DNA of 20,059 nt from a virus (lineage: Duplodnaviria; Heunggongvirae; Uroviricota; Caudoviricetes): positions 1 to 20,059 of IMG/VR virus record IMGVR_UViG_2734482785_000006; one strand, given 5' to 3'. Below, piece by piece: positions 1 to 7,318 of the stretch. The position numbers and the translations under genes were made by a program. The stretch's first letter is position 1; each line of letters opens with the position of its first letter. The notes under the pieces are model-generated. The model saw only the letters and a list, made by a program, of their open reading frames with translations. It made no database searches and was not told the origin of the DNA.

Positions 1-1923
1 TCCCATGGTTTCAAGGTCGAGCATTAGATGGTCACACGTCCTGCTGGTGGATGTGATAACGTGATGACTGTTCACCGTAATTAAGGGATCTGCCGTCTCG
101 CCAGTTTTACTATCGCTGGCGTGGTCCTGAGCGCTGCCAGCATTCTCCTTGTGTGGATGTTCAGCGCCTTCCATTTTCTCCGAATCGTCTTTCTGAACTT
201 CAACCTGGTTCTTGTCATCGAATGTTTCCTGGTATGTTGCGTCGCCCATCACCGCACCACAATCAGGGCAGTTGCCGCCACCGCTTTGACCGCAGGCGGT
301 GCAGATCTTTTCCGGTTCCTGTTGCACTACTGGTTCAGGTTGTTTCGTTTCTGGCTCGTTTTGTTGCGTATTTGGGCTGTTTTGTTCCGCTTTCTGGTCG
401 TTCCGTTCCGATTCATGCTGGTTCTGGTTCACAGAATCGCGAGTCTGGATCCCCTTGACCCATTTCGGATCATTAGGGTCGCTAATCCCCTCAACAAATT
501 CACCACGCGATACAGCAAGTAACTTATCGGCGTCAGGCTGGCTGATATTGGCTGCCTGCATAATTTTGTTTACTTCGTCAGCGGTGACTTTTACTTGGTT
601 AGCGGAACTCACCTGCGACTGAGCATCCAGCGACTGCGCGTTCTGGCAATGTTCAGTTGTATCCGGTTCCATTGTTTCAGTTGTTGCCTGTTCACCTGCC
701 ATTGCGTCAGATGGTTGTGGTTTTTCTTCTTCTGTTTCACTCTCAATAACCACCTCGCGGTTAATTTCTTCCAGGATATCTTTTTCCGGCGTATGCCGGG
801 CAGCTGTGAGAGTTTCCTTGCTGGGGTTCTCGTGATCAGTTTCCGTCAAATAGGCGTTGATATACCCCTGAAGGCGTCCCGGGTAGTGATAAAATTCAGG
901 GTGTGCGCTTCGGATAAGTGCAAAAATAGCGGCGCGGGAATAGTCCAGAATACCAGGGGTTGCACGAAGTGCTGCGGACCATTCTTTGAATGGACTTTCT
1001 TTTTTCAGGACTACTTCTTTTGCGCGACGATAAACGCTGCCCGGAATTTCATAAATATTAAAATCCATCGGAAGTGTGGCTGCTGCAATCTCCACATCCA
1101 GTGTGTCGAGGGTGTGTACTAAATTCGGATTGCGATCGGTTTTGTTCCCACCGCCAGCATTAGCACCGGAAGCCGTGCGGGTGATGCGTGAAACACGATT
1201 TCCTTTCATCCACTCTTTTGTCAGCAGACCCCGATCAGTGTAGTCAGCGTCCAGGTATGCTTCGAAAAAAGCAGTTATTAGTCCCAGGTCTGAATTACCA
1301 GGATTAGGGAAAACTTTGTCAGTGTCACGAACCAGTTTGTGGAGGTCGCGAATCTCCAGCGAGTCGAGCAGACTGGTTTTATGCGAAATAGCCAGGGCAG
1401 TAACAGCCGGTAGTTCTTCAGCCCGTGCAATGTGTAATGCCTGGAGTTCGTCGCGTGAAACGTGCGTTACTGGTTTTTCGCTGCCGTGTTGAGCAAGCCA
1501 ACGAATGGGCAGTTCCTGACCGGAGACAGGCAGAAGCATGCTCTCCTCAATCTCAGTCATGTCTTCGCCGTTGATGTTGGTATTGTCAGTGCTGGCTGGT
1601 TTGTCCTGAACAGAGGGGGAAGGGCCGATAAATGTCATTGTGATGCCATCTTTCCCGCCTTTTTCATAGCGGTTGCAGAATTCAGTATCAAACACGCCTT
1701 CTGGCGGAAGGTCGTCAACAACGGGCAAATTTACGCGGACGGGTTTTTTAAAGTCGTCTTCATCATAATCGTTGTCATCCATTGCGGTAATGCAGCGGGA
1801 GATTGCAACAGATAATTTTTTTGCTGTAGTCCAGTAAAAACCACCTTTAATTCCCAGGCGTTTTCTTACTTTGTCATTTTTTGCTTCGCAATATAGTGCA
1901 AATTCTTCTTTATCAGTGCTCAT
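1..1923 (-). CDS. recE: RecE-like exodeoxyribonuclease VIII family protein, N-terminal ~640 codons; 3' end of the gene lies beyond the window start
   Basis: Reverse-strand ATG at 1923..1921 ([15 protein letters not shown]...) and the frame appears open down to position 1 (translated by eye; absent from the ORF track, presumably because it runs off the edge). Segments such as [83 protein letters not shown] and [18 protein letters not shown] match my recollection of the N-terminal region of E. coli Rac RecE. Plus-strand ORFs here are antisense. Confidence 0.6.
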   Translation of the reverse strand, partial: MSTDKEEFALYCEAKNDKVRKRLGIKGGFYWTTAKKLSVAISRCITAMDDNDYDEDDFKKPVRVNLPVVDDLPPEGVFDTEFCNRYEKGGKDGITMTFIGPSPSVQDKPASTDNTNINGEDMTEIEESMLLPVSGQELPIRWLAQHGSEKPVTHVSRDELQALHIARAEELPAVTALAISHKTSLLDSLEIRDLHKLVRDTDKVFPNPGNSDLGLITAFFEAYLDADYTDRGLLTKEWMKGNRVSRITRTASGANAGGGNKTDRNPNLVHTLDTLDVEIAAATLPMDFNIYEIPGSVYRRAKEVVLKKESPFKEWSAALRATPGILDYSRAAIFALIRSAHPEFYHYPGRLQGYINAYLTETDHENPSKETLTAARHTPEKDILEEINREVVIESETEEEKPQPSDAMAGEQATTETMEPDTTEHCQNAQSLDAQSQVSSANQVKVTADEVNKIMQAANISQPDADKLLAVSRGEFVEGISDPNDPKWVKGIQTRDSVNQNQHESERNDQKAEQNSPNTQQNEPETKQPEPVVQQEPEKICTACGQSGGGNCPDCGAVMGDATYQETFDDKNQVEVQKDDSEKMEGAEHPHKENAGSAQDHASDSKTGETADPLITVNSHHVITSTSRTCDHLMLDLETMG

Positions 1924-2016
1924 TATTGATAAACCTCATCACAGATTTAAGGGTGAACAAATCTCTGCCATTGCTGACATATAAGAATGAAACTGGATAT
2001 TTATTACGGTGCTGTT

Positions 2017-2208
2017 TTAAAATCCTGCCGGGATTTCGTTATTATCCTGGTGAATAACTTTATCGACCGGATAACAGTTGCCTGTAATTTTCTGTTCTGT
2101 TGCTGCTGCCATACATTCCTGCATTGTTCTGTGAACACTGACTGCAATATCAACTGGCTCTCCGGAAACAAGAAAAACCGTCAGAATAAGTGCAAATACT
2201 GGATTCAT
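2017..2208 (-). CDS. Small protein (63 aa) with N-terminal hydrophobic/signal-like segment, YdfD-like by position and size
   Basis: ATG at 2208..2206 with AAGGA Shine-Dalgarno 8 nt upstream; start overlaps the dicB stop in an ATGA arrangement; product MNPVFALILTVFLVSGEPVD...; sits immediately downstream of dicB as ydfD does in Qin. Confidence 0.5.
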   Translation of the reverse strand: MNPVFALILTVFLVSGEPVDIAVSVHRTMQECMAAATEQKITGNCYPVDKVIHQDNNEIPAGF

Positions 2209-2393
2209 TGTGCACATCCTTTTGGCATCAGACGTAAACGGGCCAGCATTGAAACAATGCATACTTTATTTAATAACTCCCGTTCGAGTTTTCTTTTGTT
2301 AATGGCCTCTTCAGTAAATACAGGATTACTGATAGTGACACCAATTTCAAAACAACCTTCAGACGTATTAACGTTTGGTAATAACGTTTTCAT
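2205..2393 (-). CDS. dicB: Cell division inhibitor DicB (62 aa)
   Basis: ATG at 2393..2391 with GAGGG upstream; product MKTLLPNVNTSEGCFEIGVTISNPVFTEEAINKRKLERELLNKVCIVSMLARLRLMPKGCAQ matches recalled Qin DicB nearly residue for residue; located just downstream of DicF. Confidence 0.8.
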   Translation of the reverse strand: MKTLLPNVNTSEGCFEIGVTISNPVFTEEAINKRKLERELLNKVCIVSMLARLRLMPKGCAQ

Positions 2394-2562
2394 TATCGCG
2401 CCCTCAACAATGAGTTTTGTGATGCGGTGCCTGGTGCCTCCAGGTGACGTTAACCAGTTAACAATTAACGCCGGATACAGAGAATCCACCCATAACACTG
2501 TTTTTGGTTTTAACTGTTCCGCGTGCGCTCAGCCGCATTCACCACATCACAAAATTCACTTT

Positions 2563-2620
2563 AAAAAGGGCGGCAGAGCAGTCACGGAGTAAAACTGATA
2601 CCGCCAAACGTCACCAGAAA
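2563..2620 (-). ncRNA. dicF: DicF small regulatory RNA (antisense regulator of ftsZ and other targets) with its 3' terminator
   Basis: Reverse complement of 2563..2620 reads TTTCTGGTGACGTTTGGCGGTATCAGTTTTACTCCGTGACTGCTCTGCCGCCCTTTTT, which matches the DicF sequence as I recall it, including the GC stem and U-tail; correct position upstream of dicB. Confidence 0.8.
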
Positions 2621-2953
2621 ATTGATAACAGATGGCGTTGCAGCGGGGTTGTCACTTAAGCGTATGGTCAACCTGACAACCCGGTGTCCTCAACGGGGAA
2701 GAAATAACCCCGCCATACTTACCGCCGCACCATTTCGCGGGTTGCCACAACCGGAAGCGCACGGTCGACGAAAATTTAACGAAAGGCTATCTATGAACCA
2801 GCTACCTCGCCGTGCGCTTTCGCGTTATGGCTGACTTTTCAGGGAAATATCCTTTCAGTAAACTGTCAGTGCCGGATGCTCACCCGTGTCCGGCGCACGT
2901 ACTCCACCTCACCCGTGGAGAACTCCTTAATCACCAACCCTCAGGAGGGTGAA

Positions 2954-3229
2954 ATGTCGACTGAAAATGATGAAATCATTAACTCCCTGATACGCCAGAT
3001 TAATAATTTTGATAAAGCATTGCAGCATGCTGCGGCGCGTAGTGATATAACTCTTTTAGCAATTTCATTTCTTGCATCTGTTATGGATAAAAATGAAGTC
3101 GTACGACAGAGTCCTGTTGATTATATCGACTCGCTTCAACCCGGCACTTTCAATCATGAGAGCTTCAATCATGAGAAAGAGCATGTTAAGTCTGTAATTA
3201 ATTCTCTTATTTTGAATCAAAAGAATTAA
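2954..3229 (+). CDS. Hypothetical protein (91 aa), AT-rich accessory gene inserted in the early-left operon on the opposite strand
   Basis: ATG at 2954 preceded by strong GGAGGG Shine-Dalgarno; protein-like composition (MSTENDEIINSLIRQINNFDKALQHAAARSD...); contains a 15-bp tandem duplication encoding FNHESFNHE; no family recognised. Confidence 0.5.
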   Translation: MSTENDEIINSLIRQINNFDKALQHAAARSDITLLAISFLASVMDKNEVVRQSPVDYIDSLQPGTFNHESFNHEKEHVKSVINSLILNQKN

Positions 3230-3527
3230 TGCTTTTTGTTGCAAAGTAATTTTCAAGTGGTTCTATTCGAATCCCTTTCTTTTTCATTAACAAGCCAAAC
3301 CCCTTATCAATGATGTCCATTAGATCCAGGAAGTATTTTTCATGTAAATCCTGGTTATCAGAGAGCTGCTTCTCTTCGTACAGACCGATAAAGGCACGAC
3401 GCACGTTACCGGATATAGTATCGATGGTTTCTTTTTCTACGGTACTCAGGTCAAGAGTCGCCAGTTGGGAACGAACTATATTCGCTGCCATTTCCTGGAA
3501 TTGCATTGGTAAATCTTTAAATTCCAT
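3207..3527 (-). CDS. Hypothetical protein (106 aa), AT-rich, acidic/basic mixed
   Basis: ATG at 3527..3525 with GAGG upstream; product MEFKDLPMQFQEMAANIVRSQLATLDLSTVEKETID...; 3' end overlaps the convergent plus-strand gene by 23 bp; no family recognised. Confidence 0.5.
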   Translation of the reverse strand: MEFKDLPMQFQEMAANIVRSQLATLDLSTVEKETIDTISGNVRRAFIGLYEEKQLSDNQDLHEKYFLDLMDIIDKGFGLLMKKKGIRIEPLENYFATKSINSFDSK

Positions 3528-3549
3528 TATTAGCCTCGTTGGTTAGCTA

Positions 3550-3768
3550 TTAACGCGGGTATGTAATCATTCTGGCAATGCTTAATGCCGCTGCTTTTTC
3601 CAGCCTGGTGATATCCTGCTCCAGAGCGGACAGATTTTCAGCCTGCTTAGCCCTGGCTTCATTGGCCCATTTCAGATCCTGAGCTGCATTAATTTTCTGG
3701 CGCATCCACTCATAAAGTTCATCATCGGTATAGTCTGGCGCGATGATGACGGGTTCTCGTTTCTGCAT
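3550..3768 (-). CDS. Hypothetical early-left protein (72 aa), ydfC-like by size and position
   Basis: ATG at 3768..3766 with GAGGA 8 nt upstream (the track start at 3783 is a TTG); product MQKREPVIIAPDYTDDELYEWMRQKINAAQDLKWANEARAKQAENLSALEQDITRLEKAAALSIARMITYPR; first gene downstream of the PL-like promoter. Confidence 0.5.
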   Translation of the reverse strand: MQKREPVIIAPDYTDDELYEWMRQKINAAQDLKWANEARAKQAENLSALEQDITRLEKAAALSIARMITYPR

Positions 3769-3949
3769 AGTGATTCCTCGCAATGCTGTTTCCCCTTAAC
3801 GCCGGGGTGGCGGAACAAAGACCTGCTGCATAGTTAAAGTTGAACCCTGCCGTCATGTTCATACGCCTCGGGCTGGCTACTTAACCCCTGACCACTGCCG
3901 GGTAACTCGAAGTATTGCCCTGCATTCTGTGGGGCGGGGTGGGTTGGTA

Positions 3950-3996
3950 TTTGTAGTTTAATAAACATTAAACTCAAGTCAAGTAAAAACTAAACC
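3950..3996 (-). promoter_or_regulatory. PL-like early-left promoter with overlapping operator palindrome
   Basis: On the minus strand: TTGACT (rc of 3977..3982), 16-bp spacer, TAAACT (rc of 3955..3960). A perfect 8-bp inverted repeat AGTTTAAT-aaac-ATTAAACT spans 3955..3974, and an ACTAAAC motif lies at 3989..3995. Confidence 0.4.
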
Positions 3997-4066
3997 ACAA
4001 CACGAAACAAACACAACGCTTTTGATAAAGTCGTTGCGGTTGTTATGTTTCTATTGGTAGTGAAAG

Positions 4067-4345
4067 TTAGGGAAACTGGCGTCTTGCGTGGATCACGTTT
4101 ACTACTTCAACGCTTGATGTTGTTACGCGGTATAGAATTATATAGTTAGGGTGGGCCACAATCTCACGCAAGCCAGGCACCCTGTCGCTTGGTGGGTATA
4201 AATACGGGTGTTCGGATAACGGCAGCACACAACCCCTTAATCGCTGCCATAAGCGTTCTGCCGCATCTATGTCGAAACGAGCAATATAACCAGTTATATC
4301 ATCCAAGTCGGTATCTGCGCTTTCAAGCCATAATACGGGTAACAT
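4067..4345 (-). CDS. parE2: ParE-family toxin (ParE2-like, 92 aa)
   Basis: ATG at 4345..4343, one nt after the antitoxin stop; product MLPVLWLESADTDLDDITGYIARFDIDAAERLWQRL...YIILYRVTTSSVEVVNVIHARRQFP has the RelE/ParE fold signature and matches recalled ParE2 of E. coli O157 prophages in size. Confidence 0.75.
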   Translation of the reverse strand: MLPVLWLESADTDLDDITGYIARFDIDAAERLWQRLRGCVLPLSEHPYLYPPSDRVPGLREIVAHPNYIILYRVTTSSVEVVNVIHARRQFP

Positions 4346-4346
4346 T

Positions 4347-4538
4347 TTACTGCTTGCTCCGTTCCTTGCGCATTTTAGCAAAGCGTTCTGCCATTCTGCG
4401 CTCAACTTCGTCATGAGGAATTGCTGGGCGCGGATCTGCAAGGCTCGTTGCTACTTTCGCACGCAGCCATTCGTTGTAACTGTTTTCTTGTTCAATGGTT
4501 TCAAACTCAGAAACCATTGGTGAAAGGGCTCTATTCAT
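4347..4538 (-). CDS. paaA2: PaaA2-like antitoxin (63 aa)
   Basis: ATG at 4538..4536 with GGAGG 7 nt upstream; product MNRALSPMVSEFETIEQENSYNEWLRAKVATSLADPRPAIPHDEVERRMAERFAKMRKERSKQ; size and position upstream of the ParE toxin fit PaaA2. Confidence 0.7.
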   Translation of the reverse strand: MNRALSPMVSEFETIEQENSYNEWLRAKVATSLADPRPAIPHDEVERRMAERFAKMRKERSKQ

Positions 4539-4558
4539 GTTTCCTCCGGTTTTATAAC

Positions 4559-4930
4559 TCAGGCGCGGCGGCATTTTTGCGCCGCAATCCATCTCGCTAT
4601 GAGGTCTTCCATTGATTCTTTTTTCTGCTTTAACTCGCTGATTATCTGGCGTTGCTCATCCTCAGGGAAGGCTGAAAAAATCTGCAATAATTCCAGTTGA
4701 TTAGACGTTAACCCTGCATGTGGTGGAGAAACCTCCGGTTGTTCTGCGTATTCCGCATCCAGATACCCTTCCGGCATCCCGTATGTTTGCTCTATTCTTC
4801 TGGCAGCCTTTTCTCCAAACGAGGCTCTCCCACTCATTAGTTGAGATAGGTAGCTCTTCTCTTTGGGTGGCAGAGTTTTATCTTTAAACCACTCCTTGAG
4901 ACGTAAACGGCGAATTTCTTTTTTTTGCAT
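4559..4930 (-). CDS. paaR2: HTH repressor, PaaR2/DicA/CI-like (123 aa from ATG 4930; alternative GTG start at 4993)
   Basis: Product MQKKEIRRLRLKEWFKDKTLPPKEKSYLSQLMSGRASFGEKAARRIEQTYG... with C-terminal LELLQIFSAFPEDEQ motif resembling DicA-type repressors. No Shine-Dalgarno before ATG 4930 but a TTGCTT-17bp-GATAAT promoter ends 7 bp upstream, consistent with a leaderless mRNA as for lambda cI. Confidence 0.7.
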   Translation of the reverse strand: MQKKEIRRLRLKEWFKDKTLPPKEKSYLSQLMSGRASFGEKAARRIEQTYGMPEGYLDAEYAEQPEVSPPHAGLTSNQLELLQIFSAFPEDEQRQIISELKQKKESMEDLIARWIAAQKCRRA

Positions 4931-4939
4931 GTGGTAATT

Positions 4940-5020
4940 ATCTTTAGTAATCACTAAACAAGCAAATACTTGACTTAATGGTTTATTAAACACTAAACTC
5001 GCAAAAAAACACTAAACCGA
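4940..5020. promoter_or_regulatory. Divergent OR-like promoter/operator region between repressor and cro-like gene
   Basis: Three direct copies of CACTAAAC (4952..4959, 4991..4998, 5010..5017), a TTTAGT-aatc-ACTAAA palindrome (4943..4958), and a rightward TTGACT (4970..4975), 18-bp spacer, TAAACT (4994..4999) promoter; the leftward promoter for the repressor is described under that gene. Confidence 0.45.
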
Positions 5021-5027
5021 GGAAGGT

Positions 5028-5330
5028 ATGACATTAAAAGAGTTTATTAAATCATTGAGAGTTGGTGATGCTAAGAAATTCGCGGCCAGACTTGGTGTAT
5101 CGCCATCTTACTTATCGCAAATGGCGTCTGGACGAGCAGCTATATCTCCAACCCGCGCCCTTATGATCGAATCTGCGACGGAAGGCCAGGTAAGTAGGGC
5201 GGAGCTACGACCCCATGATTGGGAGCTTATTTGGCCTGAGTATGCGAGCGGCATTCGTTTGGGGCAAACACATGTAGTTCATGCTGAAGGTGATTGTAGT
5301 GCATGCTTATCTGATGGAGTTGATTCATGA
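5028..5330 (+). CDS. Cro/YdaS-like HTH DNA-binding protein (100 aa)
   Basis: ATG at 5028 with GAGGAAGG Shine-Dalgarno; product has HTH core FAARLGVSPSYLSQMASGRAAISPTRALMIESATEGQVSRAELRPHDW typical of the YdaS/Cro family; divergent from the repressor gene. Confidence 0.7.
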   Translation: MTLKEFIKSLRVGDAKKFAARLGVSPSYLSQMASGRAAISPTRALMIESATEGQVSRAELRPHDWELIWPEYASGIRLGQTHVVHAEGDCSACLSDGVDS

Positions 5331-5752
5331 AAATCAAGCATGAACACATCCGCATGGCGATGAATGCCTGGGCACATCCGGACGGCGAGAAAGTACCGGC
5401 TGCAGAGATTACCAAAGCGTATTTCGAACTGGGAATTACGTTCCCGGAACTGTATGACGACAGCCATCCGGAAGCCCTGGCACGCAATACTCAGAAAATT
5501 TTCCGCTGGGTGGAGAAAGACACCCCTGATGCGGTTAAAAAAATTCAGGCGTTGTTACCAGCTATCGAAAAAGCAATGCCACCTCTGCTGGTGGCCCGAA
5601 TGCGCAGCCATAGCTCAGCCTATTTTCGGGAACTAGTGGAGACGCGGGAACGACTGGTGAGAGACGCTGATGATTTTGTCGCAGTGGCGATCGCTGGTTT
5701 CAACCAGATGAATCGTGGTGGCCCTGCAGGAAATATTGTGGCTGTGCATTGA
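5327..5752 (+). CDS. ydaT: YdaT-like (CII-like) protein (141 aa)
   Basis: Start overlaps the previous stop (ATGA); N-terminus MKIKHEHI... matches my recollection of Rac YdaT; position after the cro-like gene. Confidence 0.6.
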   Translation: MKIKHEHIRMAMNAWAHPDGEKVPAAEITKAYFELGITFPELYDDSHPEALARNTQKIFRWVEKDTPDAVKKIQALLPAIEKAMPPLLVARMRSHSSAYFRELVETRERLVRDADDFVAVAIAGFNQMNRGGPAGNIVAVH

Positions 5753-5823
5753 CTCGCAATATTCATACCGGATCACTTCCGGCAATTTGTGAGTAAAAAG
5801 ATTCGGTATCAAAAGAGGTGAGT

Positions 5824-6864
5824 ATGGCTAACGCCTGGCTCAGATTATGGCATGACATGCCAAATGATCCTAAGTGGCGAACAATTTCCAGGGTGTCAGG
5901 ACAGCCAATCGCAACAGTGATGGCTGTGTATATCCACCTTCTGGTGAGCGCGTCACGAAATGTCACGACATGTCACGGCGTGTCACTACGTGGTCACATT
6001 GATGTCACGACGGAAGATTTAGCAAGTGCGCTTGATGTGACGGAAGAAGTAATTGATTCAATTTTACAGGCAATGCAGGGGCGGGTACTTGATGGAGATT
6101 TAATCACTGGATGGGAAAAACGCCAGGTACTGAAAGAGGACAATGGCAACGTTTCACAAACCGCGAAATCCCCGGCAGAGCGCAAGAGAGCGCAGCGCGA
6201 GAGGGAAAAATTACGAAAACAGAATGAGGGGTGTCACGACGAGTCACGCATATGTCACGACATGTCACGACGAGTCACGACAGATAAAGATACAGATAAA
6301 GAATTAAACCCCACACATAACGCGCACGTGCGCGAGAGTGCTCCGACCAGTGAGTCGAGTGGTACGCCGTTGCAGGCAGCAGAACCTGCATCCCTGGATG
6401 GCCTGAGCGAACCCATCGGGAAATTTCCGATGGCCGATGGCTGGCATCCGTCGCCGGATTTTCGACGGCGGGCTGCACTGTGGGGAGTTGCTTTGCCGGA
6501 GCCGGAATTTACACCTGCTGAACTTGCCGCCTTCCGGGACTACTGGGCAGCGGAGGGGAAAGTTTTCACGCAGGTTCAGTGGGAGCAGAAATTCGCCCGT
6601 CACGTAAATCACGTCAGGGCGCAGGTTAAACCAGTCAGCAAGGGGGTGAACCATGCAGCAGCACCAGGTGGTACCGCATCACGGGCAGTTCAGGAAATTC
6701 GGGCAGCACGTGAACAGTGGGAACGTGAAAACGGATTTATCAGCGACGGAAACGGCGTGGAAGCTGTGGGAACTCATGGGGGAGGTTTATTCGAACCGCT
6801 GGACCCAGAAGAACGGGGCCGCACCTTCGAAGCTCTGGATTGCACAGATTGGTGCGATGACTGA
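5824..6864 (+). CDS. Replication initiator, lambda O-like / YdaU-like (DUF1376-type N-terminus), ~346 aa
   Basis: ATG at 5824 five nt after GAGG (track start 5818 is GTG); N-terminus MANAWLRLWHDMPNDPKWRTI... resembles Rac YdaU; gene contains two clusters of GTCACG iterons followed by an AT-rich stretch, as for ori-lambda inside O. Confidence 0.65.
   Translation: MANAWLRLWHDMPNDPKWRTISRVSGQPIATVMAVYIHLLVSASRNVTTCHGVSLRGHIDVTTEDLASALDVTEEVIDSILQAMQGRVLDGDLITGWEKRQVLKEDNGNVSQTAKSPAERKRAQREREKLRKQNEGCHDESRICHDMSRRVTTDKDTDKELNPTHNAHVRESAPTSESSGTPLQAAEPASLDGLSEPIGKFPMADGWHPSPDFRRRAALWGVALPEPEFTPAELAAFRDYWAAEGKVFTQVQWEQKFARHVNHVRAQVKPVSKGVNHAAAPGGTASRAVQEIRAAREQWERENGFISDGNGVEAVGTHGGGLFEPLDPEERGRTFEALDCTDWCDD
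5952..6010. repeat. Iteron cluster 1: six copies of (T)GTCAC(G) at ~10-bp spacing
   Basis: cgtcacgaaa tgtcacgaca tgtcacggcg tgtcactacg tggtcacatt gatgtcacga read directly in the sequence. Confidence 0.55.
6231..6300. repeat. Iteron cluster 2 (five GTCACG copies at ~10-bp spacing) plus adjacent AT-rich direct repeat; candidate replication origin
   Basis: gtgtcacgac gagtcacgca tatgtcacga catgtcacga cgagtcacga followed by cagataaaga tacagataaa gaattaaacc. Confidence 0.55.
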
Positions 6865-7318
6865 GCAGCAAATCCGGCAGGTCTGCCGCCAGTGCATGGA
6901 CCGCTGCCGGGCGGGTGAAACATGGCCTCCGGACCTGGCTGAGTTTGTGGCGCTGATTTCGGAAAGCGGGGCCAATCCATTCAGTCTGACGGTGGATGCC
7001 GTGATGGAGGAGTACCGCCGCTGGCGCAACGAGTCCTGGCGATACGACGGGAGCGATAAATATCCGTGGTCTCAGCCTGTGCTGTATCACATTTGTCTCG
7101 AGATGCGTTCAAAGGGGATTGAGCGCCAGATGACCGAAGGGGAGTTAAAACGGCTTGCAGAACGGCAGCTGACGAAATGGGCAAAGCATGTTGGTAATGG
7201 CTTCAGCGTTCCGCCCGTACGGCGGCAACTGGCAGCACCAGAACGCCCGTCGGGGCCAACACCAATTGAGTTGCTGAAACAGGAATATGAGCGCCGGAAA
7301 GCGGCTGGTTTTGTATGA
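6653..7318 (+). CDS. Lambda P-like replicative helicase loader (start uncertain: ATG 6653, 6776 or 6857)
   Basis: C-terminal half (DGSDKYPWSQPVLYHICLEMRSKG...MTEGELKRLAERQLTKWAKHV) resembles recalled lambda P (ESYPWKSNAHYW...LTDAELRRKAADEL). ATG 6653 has an AAGGGGGTG Shine-Dalgarno; ATG 6857 overlaps the O-like stop. Confidence 0.55.
   Translation: MQQHQVVPHHGQFRKFGQHVNSGNVKTDLSATETAWKLWELMGEVYSNRWTQKNGAAPSKLWIAQIGAMTEQQIRQVCRQCMDRCRAGETWPPDLAEFVALISESGANPFSLTVDAVMEEYRRWRNESWRYDGSDKYPWSQPVLYHICLEMRSKGIERQMTEGELKRLAERQLTKWAKHVGNGFSVPPVRRQLAAPERPSGPTPIELLKQEYERRKAAGFV

Noticed and set aside
121-1815. Plus-strand ORFs 121..522, 153..458, 299..622, 595..1122 and 1462..1815
   Set aside because: All lie antisense to the long reverse-strand RecE-like reading frame, have low-complexity Phe/Leu/Cys-rich translations and no convincing ribosome-binding sites.
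1987-2592. Plus-strand ORF of 201 aa spanning the ydfD/dicB/DicF region
   Set aside because: It runs antisense across two well-supported reverse-strand genes and the DicF RNA; its translation is Cys/Phe-rich and not protein-like.
2622-2834. Plus-strand ORF of 70 aa upstream of the inserted gene
   Set aside because: Arg/Pro-rich translation without a ribosome-binding site; more likely non-coding leader or promoter DNA.
3065-3256. Minus-strand ORF of 63 aa overlapping the plus-strand gene 2954..3229
   Set aside because: Starts at a TTG without a Shine-Dalgarno sequence and is shorter than the competing plus-strand ORF, which has a strong GGAGGG site; kept only as an unlikely alternative.
3254-3285. 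TTCGAATCC, a tRNA T-loop-like motif
   Set aside because: Flanking sequence cannot form a T-stem or an acceptor stem; no tRNA cloverleaf is present.
3769-3862. Possible 44-46 codon minus-strand ORF (MNMTAGFNF...) upstream of the 72-aa gene, considered as a ydfA/ydfB-like small gene
   Set aside because: It overlaps the start of the 72-aa gene out of frame, ends Arg-rich as out-of-frame sequence typically does, and has poorly spaced ribosome-binding sequence; not supportable.
4189-4615. Plus-strand ORFs 4189..4416 and 4421..4615
   Set aside because: Antisense to the ParE2-like and PaaA2-like genes, which have clear family signatures.
5227-5636. ORFs 5227..5487, 5279..5467 and 5364..5636 overlapping the YdaS-like and YdaT-like genes
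   Set aside because: Alternative frames or antisense of genes with recognisable products.
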